A DNA stretch of 64,000 nt from Eledone cirrhosa (taxonomy: Eukaryota): contig OZ024740.1 in assembly GCA_964016885.1 (NCBI GenBank), forward strand, positions 232,376,001-232,440,000, read 5' to 3'. Positions 55,859 through 64,000 of this stretch are shown here, piece by piece (within the stretch, counting starts at the first letter, position 1; every line of letters starts with the position of its first letter). The notes under the pieces are model-generated. The model saw only the letters and a program-made list of their open reading frames with translations. It was not told the origin of the DNA and made no database searches. The translations under genes were made by a program, and so were the position numbers.

Positions 55859-56047
55859 AAAAGGTTCAGGACCCCGACGGCAGAGCTCAAGCCGTTTCGA
55901 CGGCTATTTCTGGACTACTGTCCAGAAACGACTTGCGCTCTGATGTCGGGGTCCTGAACCTTTTCCTATTACCCCCTCTACTCCCCAAAGTATCGAGTAC
56001 TCTGGTGCGTTATGGTCCATCTGGTTCCTTACAACACTTTCTTCGTT
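55856..56047 (+). mobile_element. Inverted-then-forward module with 3' half of an HHR
   Basis: Arms 55856-55898 / 55925-55967; the left arm (minus) reads GAAAC ggc-ttgagctct-gcc GTC. Confidence 0.75.
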
Positions 56048-56698
56048 ATATATATATATATATAATGGCTACCCCCTCGTTATCGAGTATGGCCATTTCA
56101 CGATATACCATTATTAATAATTATTAATTTATTCCATCATGCAATGCCTGTGCGTGAAGATATTTTTTAAAGTGAGGAAAGACTGTGCACTGAGCCAATC
56201 CCACTCTCTGAGCGACAGTAGCTATAACCCAAAAAGAAGAAAAGATCAACATCATCGTTAACTACTGAGCCGCAGGTTTTATATCAGAGTTATCCCAGTT
56301 TCCTGAGTTGCTTTCTCCTAGAAGAATGCCCTGACAAAGGCTGGGGATCCTTCACTCCCAGTGGCTTAACCGCGCGGGTGTCCAGCCCGACTATTTCTAT
56401 GTCCCCGCGTATATACATACACATGCACCCATATATATACAGAAATACATATACATACATATGTACATGTATATATATATTATTTACACACTTTTGGATG
56501 GCCGTTGACTCTTATGAGTTCTTCCGCCCTTTGTCATGTTTTGTTCTTTGTCCTGCAGTGTGTCCAAAATCACCCTCCTCGCCAAGTAATCTTGGTGGGA
56601 TTGCCGACGACCCGACCATACGACAGGTTGTACTGGGTTACAAGTTATATATATATACATGCATGCATATATACACACATATAGATTGTTACTTCTTT

Positions 56699-58285
56699 TC
56701 ATAAGCGTAACATCCCTTCACTGATCATTGCACAGTCATGTGCACGCAGGTGACCTTTCAGACTCGCTTTTGTTTTGCAGGTACGTTCACAGATGTGACA
56801 CTTGAACTGGCTGTCTCCTGCCAATACCGACTGGGGTGAGATTTCATGCATTTTACCATGTCTGGTCAGACCACCTGCTGACTTACAAATTAAGCCACAC
56901 TCACTGCAAATATACCGTGGAGTGTGTGACGGTAGAACGATCTCAGAGTTGGCTCGACTTCTCCCTGGCTGATGTGAGTTCAGATGGTTAACACAACCAG
57001 CACGTGTTAGCAGAAATGGGCTATATACATTGTACCTCAAATCAAGCTGAATTTTTGCAGGCATTGCACTTGAGTCCTGCTTACAAAGTGAAAGCTTCAA
57101 AAGAGCAAGCTTCCCGAAGACAAGACTTGCTTTCACAATCCGGAGATCTATTCCTTCATCGACGGTACCATCTCTACTAAGTCTACTTCCGAGATACACA
57201 AAGATGTCCACCATCTCAAGTATTTTTCCTCTCACAAAAGCGTCTGCCACCACATACACTTTCCCAACTGGTGGAGTGTACATGAGCTTTGTCTTTTTTA
57301 GACTAATATTTAGCCCAAACACAGTACATGCATTGAAAAAGGTATCCAATATCAACTGCATGCCCTCTACTGTGTGAGCCAGAATATCTCTTTCATCAGT
57401 ATACAGGAACACCTTAACAAGAGTGTCCAAAGTTTTGAACTTGGTGTTAAACCGTCTTAGATTAAATACTTTGCCAGAGGTTCTAATTCGCAATTATACA
57501 CCGATTTCGAAACCTTGGAAGGCATATGCCATCAGCACAGCAAAGTAGATGGAGAACAGAGTTGGTGCAGATATCTCGCCTTATTTAACACCGTTTTCCA
57601 CTGAAATTGGCTCTGAAAGTGTCCCATTGACGTTCACGTTTGCTTTCATATCTGGATGGAGTTTTCTGAATATTCCAACAAACTCATGAGGGCATCCAGT
57701 TTTCCTCAATATGACCCACAATTCACTACGATTAACAGTATTAAAGGCTTTGGTAAGGTCCACAAATACTTGGTAATGTGGCACTTACTGCTCAACACAC
57801 TTCTCCATAAGCTGACGGGCTGAGAAAATCATGTCCATAGTACCCTGCCCAGCTCTGACTCCACACTTGGTCTTAGGGCTGGCACTAGGGAAGATCCATT
57901 TTATTAAATGATTCAGCAAGACCTTGGATAAGAATTTTCCTACTGATTCGAGCAGTTTTATACCACGATTATTACCGCATTCCGACTTGGAGTTTTTGCT
58001 CTTGTAAATCGAGAGCAACTCTGCATCTACCCAGTCTTCCGGGCCTGGGTCACTGTGCCATACAGATAAGATTACCCCACAAATGGCCATAGCAACATTG
58101 TCTCCTCCAAAGCAAATCAGCTCAACAGGTGGTTCATCCAAACCTAGAGTTTTCGCTATGTTTATCTCTTTGATGGTAGACCTTATCTCGTTAAAGCTTG
58201 GCTAATTCATAATCTCTGTTACAGTCTCAATTTGCGGCAGCCGATTAATAATTCCCTCATCAGCTACAGATGGATTATCAAACAT
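56699..58285 (-). mobile_element. RTE(BovB-like) LINE relic with two C-terminal C2H2 zinc fingers and an internal deletion
   Basis: CGNNRGIKLL, GTMDMIFSARQLMEKC, FVDLTKAFNTVNR, GLNISLKKTK, FVYLGS; CSEC..H..MH and CHIC..HLRAH. Confidence 0.9.
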
Positions 58286-58308
58286 CTTTCAAACACACAC
58301 ACGCACAC

Positions 58309-58333
<25 letters not shown>

Positions 58334-58351
<18 letters not shown>

Positions 58352-59190
58352 TAATATATAGAGGGGAAAGACACAGGAGAGTGTGTTTTTCATTACAGGA
58401 ATTTCTAACCACCAGCGTGAGAAGAATATAAGCTACTAGAGGTATTGGTAAAACATTAAAATTAAAAGTATAAATTGAAATGAAAAACCATCCTCACCTA
58501 AATCACACATGTACACACTCACCAGGAGCATGTTTCGCCATTTTAGTGGGTTCCAATACGGCCCGGTGGGTCATCAGCATGTGGAAGGCCAATATTGTCC
58601 GCACTACTACAGAGAGAACTAAAATAAACCACCCTTCGCACGTGTAGACATAAGAGGAATGCGTGCTCGCGGCAGTAACTGGTGGTATGAACAGAACAAG
58701 CTGCTAGAGATGGCAGCCTATACTATTCAATTTAAGGTGCTCAACAGCAGAGAGAGCGCAAGGAGCAAATATAAAGTAAAAATAACGGAGCAAAGGACTC
58801 GCGTATAATCCTGTAATTAAATGATCTCAAAGGAAATAGTTATCCTGGGCACTTTAAAATACAATATATAGAGGGGAAAGGCTGATGACCCACCGGACCG
58901 TATTGGAACCCACTAAAATGGAAACATGCTCTTGGTGAGTGTGTTCCTGTGTGATTAAGGTGAGTATGGTTTTTCATTTCAATTTATACTTTTAATTTTA
59001 ATGTTTTACCAATGCCTCTATTAGCTTATATTCTTCTCACGCTGGTGATTCGAAATTCCTGTAATGAAAAACACACTCTCCTGTGTCTTTCTCTTCTATA
59101 TATTGTATTTTAAAGTGCCCAGGATAACTAGTTCCTTCGAGCTCATTTATACAGGATTATACGCGAGTCCTTTGCTCCGTTATTTTACTA
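58334..59190. mobile_element. ~530-bp monomer (minus) plus inverted copy 58881-59190; HHR cores at 58527-58577 (-) and 58882-58930 (+)
   Basis: atatatagaggggaaag recurs at 58334 and 58864; 58881-59190 is the reverse complement of 58776-58880 joined to 58341-58578. Confidence 0.8.
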
Positions 59191-59354
59191 TAAATAAATA
59201 AATATATATATATATGGAAAGTTATATTTAAATTGTTGGGTTAACAACGAGTAAATATTTATAACTGATATAAAAGCACTCAACAAGTATTTGGAGTATA
59301 TTTATGATATTAAATAAATGGAAACTATATTTATAAAACCATATTTATTTCATT

Positions 59355-59403
59355 ATATATATTTCAGGGATATCATATTAACAATATGTTATGCCTTCAT
59401 CAG
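59355..59403 (-). ncRNA. Degenerate HHR-like core
   Basis: CTGATGA aggcataacatatt-gtt-aatatgatatccct GAAA tatatata. Confidence 0.45.
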
Positions 59404-59489
59404 ACAAAATACAATATAAACAGTCTTATAAATAAATAGATATGACATACCTTTCAATCGACTTGCATTTGGGAAGTTGATTTGGCAGT

Positions 59490-59551
<62 letters not shown>

Positions 59552-60130
59552 TAGCTGGTCATGTGCCATAAAAAATGACGGCTAATTGTTGTACTCTTTA
59601 TTTAAAGAGGGTACAAAATCAAGTTTTGGTTTAATGATTCTTTCATTAGAAATTTTTTTTGTGGATAAACTCTCGGCAGCTAACATGTATATTTCTGTGC
59701 ATATGTATATCTATGCTTATCTATGAGTATTTATGAGTATCTATGAGTATCTATGCATATTTATATCTTTGATTTAATAAATATAAACTCACAAATACAC
59801 ATACACGCAAACAAGTAGAATATATTCACACAAACACACATAATCACACACATACACTCACACAAGGGATATACACTCAGAAACACTAACACAATAACAA
59901 TACACAATATGTGTAGTCAATTTGCTACATAATTCTTGTGAATCTGAGAATGATGGTCGTTGTTTTCTATAATTTATCACCAAACCGTTCCTTCCTCAGT
60001 CAACTCCCATTCAGTCAGTGAAGGGCAAATATATATATAAATAAATATACACACATTTTCTATTATAGTTGAATATATATCTGTTTATGTATATATATAT
60101 GTTTATGTATATATATGTTTATATATATAT

Positions 60131-60244
<114 letters not shown>

Positions 60245-60245
60245 C

Positions 60246-60413
60246 AATTTGAAAAACTCAGATTTACATGTCTTGTATTCAGCCATGTAGAGCGATAAAA
60301 CGATATATATATATATACATATAAATATATATATATATAGCAATATATATATATATAGTTTTATCGCTCTACATGGCTGAATACAAGACATGTAAATCTG
60401 AGTTTTTCAAATT
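60246..60413. repeat. Perfect 56-bp inverted repeat around a (TA)n loop
   Basis: 60246-60301 is the reverse complement of 60358-60413. Confidence 0.93.
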
Positions 60414-61335
60414 TTAATAATAATATTCGATTCGTTTGCAATTATAAAAATAATTTCTTAATCCATGTGTGTAGAATGACCCCGTCATTCTCGCGCGTGT
60501 TGGCATATAAACAGACACTAATGTTTCTGGGTTATTACCCTTCATCAGTACCGCACACTGTTTACCTGCCAACTGTCAGAGCCAGTGAAAATATAAGTGT
60601 AGGTGTCATATCAGGATTAAGGAACACGTTAACACTAACGCTTCCTCATTCAAGAAACACTAAAACACCGCCAAAAATATAACAGTTAAGGTTGAAACAA
60701 GAGAAAGAAACCTTGGCAATCTCAGAGTTAAAGAAACATTAATCATAGTCAGAACACACCCACAAATCAATAATAGACTAGACACAATACCTAATATAGA
60801 ACTAGGTATACAACTGTGAAGTTAGAGGCCATTGGACTCTACAAATAAAGGCACACATATGTACGCTTACGAGCACATTATCATCCGGGAGAAATCGGGT
60901 ATATACATTCATGTATTTACATGACTCTATCTATACGTGCTTGCGTATTTGCGTGCGTGCTTACACACACACATGTATGCATGCACGTGTATGTCAGCGT
61001 GTATATATGTGTCTCAGCGGATTTAAAGGGAAACAACACTATGCCCCTTGAACTATCCAGACCATAATTTTAAAACAAAGAAGTTATGAAAAAAAAAAAC
61101 TAATAATAAAACCACTTCCGACCAGCCACATCGGACACTGGAATAGTTCCTTTATTTCGCTCGGAAGAAGACATATTAATCTCGAAATATTAAGACATAT
61201 GAATAAATTAAGGTAATAAAAAACAACCCCTGTTTATTACGATTTAATCATTTCGGTCCATCCGGCATTGTCGTGGCTTTCAAACTTCGAATTCTTTATA
61301 CTATCTACAATGCTTCAAGTAAACTACACATTCCT

Positions 61336-61408
<73 letters not shown>

Positions 61409-61567
61409 ATGTGTGTGTGTGTCTGTGTCTTTGTATGTGTGCGTGTGTCTGTGTATGTCTGTGTGTGTGTAAGTCTGTCTGTCTATATGTGTGTATATAT
61501 ATATCAAAACAAAATTTGTTTTCACTCCTAACATAGTGGATACCTAAATATATTCGTAAGTGAATAA

Positions 61568-61916
61568 TAACAATATCATAATAATATCATTAATATTCGG
61601 TTTGTTTGCAAGCAAACAGCCTCATAAACACCGTGTGTTTTTTCTACATGTACATGTCATCCTTTTGTTTCAGCGGTAGCTGAGAGAAAATAATCGACAA
61701 TTGTTTCATAGTTTTTGCTCCTTATCGATATTGTGTATTCTCATCCCTGCTACCCACTGGACCTACCGAAAATACATATTATTCTCAAATGTATACATTG
61801 GCTGATTAGCCTCATTTACTTACCGAGCGATTTCACAATCTCGACAAGCAACAATAACTCCGAAACAATTCTCGATTGCAAACAAACCCAATATTAATAA
61901 TATTATGATATTGTTA
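61568..61916. repeat. MITE-like segment with ~40-bp imperfect terminal inverted repeats
   Basis: aacaatatcataata...attaatattcggtttgtttgcaa / ttgcaaacaaacccaatattaataatattatgatattgtt. Confidence 0.55.
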
Positions 61917-61961
61917 TATTATTATCATTATTATTGTTGTGGCTAATAAATGAAATCATTA

Positions 61962-62350
61962 TGGGGCGTGGATTGGCAGTATCAGTAGAGGGTCGGACGC
62001 CATGCTTTCCAGCATAGTTACGTCCCTTTGCGATCTGAGTTCAAATCCCGCCAAGGTTGACTTTGCCTTTCATCCTTACGGGGTCGATAAAATAAAGTAC
62101 CAGTAATGCACTGTGTAATTGCTGGCCTTGTGCCAAAAGTAGAAACAATTATTATTATTCACTGAGGTGGATAGCAGTATCGGTAGAGCGTCGGACGCTA
62201 TGCTTTGCAGCATAGTTGCTCCCCTTTACAGACTGTGTTCGAATCCCGCCGAGGTTAACTTTGCCTTTCATCCTTACGGGGTCGATAAAATAAAGTACCA
62301 GTAATACACTGGATAATTGCTGACTTTGTGTCAAAAGTAGAAACAAAAAT
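61962..62350 (+). mobile_element. Two tandem SINE family 1 copies
   Basis: Heads at ~61962 and ~62164; ttattattcact duplicated around the second. Confidence 0.92.
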
Positions 62351-62364
62351 TATTATTCACTCAC

Positions 62365-62414
<50 letters not shown>

Positions 62415-62418
<4 letters not shown>

Positions 62419-63219
62419 AATTAGTATATCTACTAACATATATATACAGATGCATACCTATGCCAGCAAATATATAGGTTTTGTGTTAGTAACTTTGTGG
62501 GTCAATGCCTGGGGATGCAGAACAATAATATGAAAGACGTAGAATAAGAAAATTATAAAAATTAACTTACTTACTAAAATTTCACTCCAACTAATTAGTT
62601 TCTGAAAGGGAATAAACAAGGTTTCCGAAGAAACGCTCGGAGAAGTCCTTTCGACATCAAGGAAGTCTATTCTCAGCTAAGTTTCCAGGCAATGCGTGGA
62701 GACAGGGAACTTATACAAAAATAATTCAGTGGATGGAAAAAAAGCAAAGCGTGGACTAAGTTCCAAGACATTGAAAAAATCACTGCCTACTGGGTCGGTG
62801 GCAAATTCAAAAGAATCAATCACGTGACATCGAGGTAATCAGTGAGGAGTGGTTTGTTAAGAAGACAGCTGCCGAACCATTACTATGAACGAGCAGTTTT
62901 GGCAAATTTTGGCTCAACAAAATAATTTGGAGATAATTATAAAGAATTAGTATATCTACTAACATATATATACAGATGCATACCTATGCCAGCAAATATA
63001 TAGGTTTTGTCTTAGTAACTTTGTTGTTCAATGCATGGGGATGCAGAACAATAATATGAAAGACGTAGAATAAGAAAATTATAAAAATTAACTTACTTAC
63101 TAAAATTTCACTCCAACTAATTAGTTTCTGAAAGGGAATAAACAAGGTTTCCGAAGAAACGCTCGGAGAAGTCCTTTCGTCATCAGGGAAGTCTATTCTC
63201 AGCTAAGTTTCCAGGCAAT
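62415..63219 (-). mobile_element. 526-bp monomer present as a 1.5-mer in (TA)n; HHR-like core at 63141-63186
   Basis: 62415-62693 repeated at 62941-63219; minus CTGATGA cgaa...ttcg GAAAC ctt GTT. Confidence 0.75.
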
Positions 63220-63746
63220 ATATATATATATAAGTAAAAAGGAAAAGAAAATGGTGACAAATTTTTCCCACTGAAAAATAGTTTCATTAGGAATAAGTAT
63301 AAATTAGTAATTAGTATTAGTTAGTATTCAGTTTTAGTTTTAAGTTTTTACCGGTTGCGCATTTCTTATGCTTTTTAAAAATAATTTAGAGTGCTCGTGA
63401 TTTTTTACATAGGCAAACATATTCAAAGTTATTGCGAACATTTAAAAATTATATTGCAATGCCTATAGTACACGCACGTGCATACAAAAACACACATGAA
63501 TATATATGTATATATATATTTATGTACGAACGTGTGTGTCAGTGTATGATGTAACGCAAAATATCATGAAGGATTTAAATATCACAAGGCACGTATTCTA
63601 GCACAAATACAATACACTTTCATACAACTTGTAAGGTTTTTTGGGTTTTTTTTTTTAGTTTTGATAATTTAATCGCTAAATATGAGATGAAAGAATGGTA
63701 TTTAACTTATGTAATGGTACGCGAGTGTATTTTATTTTAACACTTA

Positions 63747-64000
63747 ATTTTTTTTTTTTTTTTTTTTTGTTAAACATACATACAAATAAGGCAGTATTGG
63801 AAAGGAATGTAAATTCTATGAATGAGAGGAAAAGGAGAGGTGCAAAGACTGCAAGACAAAGAAAAAAAGATAGTGGGCAGGGGAGAGCACTGTTCCTTTC
63901 GACTGCGCCCCAGGGACAAAATGGCAAAGACATTTCCTCGGACAATGGCCAGACCACACGCTGCAACAGCCACGCCACCTCGTGAGGTTTCTTCCTCAAA
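63747..64000 (-). mobile_element. Polyadenylated 3' end of a retroposed sequence (possibly Tx1/L1-like)
   Basis: ~21-nt poly(T) on the plus strand abutting GC-richer sequence that runs off the window. Confidence 0.4.

Noticed and set aside
56699-56920. Host C2H2 zinc-finger gene
   Set aside because: In frame with RT motifs of an RTE LINE

Overview
AT-rich eukaryotic DNA saturated with microsatellites. The SINE and LINE families look like those of an octopod cephalopod (inference from recalled repeat sequences, not a search). No intact host gene can be supported; one terminal exon at 3693-3857 (-) is a weak candidate. Most ORF-track entries are (TA)n/(CA)n/(GTA)n artefacts. The window is a mosaic of mobile DNA: about 12 copies of one young tRNA-derived SINE, RTE, R4/Dong and Tx1/L1 LINE relics, Tc1/mariner relics and Helitrons. 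Two systems stand out. (1) About ten sequence-unrelated short modules, mostly bounded by (TA)n tracts, carry type I hammerhead ribozyme (HHR) motifs, some intact and some degenerate or partial. They occur as tandem 1.5-2-mers and/or inverted-then-forward pairs, resembling retrozymes or Penelope pseudo-LTRs. One is attached to a Penelope GIY-YIG endonuclease ORF. Variants include a U3-A8 core and a branched loop II. (2) Two copies of a Helitron-like family (5'-TC...CTRR-3' between A and T) have a covarying 5' hairpin and a 3' terminal 175-250 bp inverted-repeat cassette enclosing different GC-rich cargo in each copy. One copy also carries a 2A-like peptide. All folds and alignments were made by eye; no ribozyme activity or database match has been tested.
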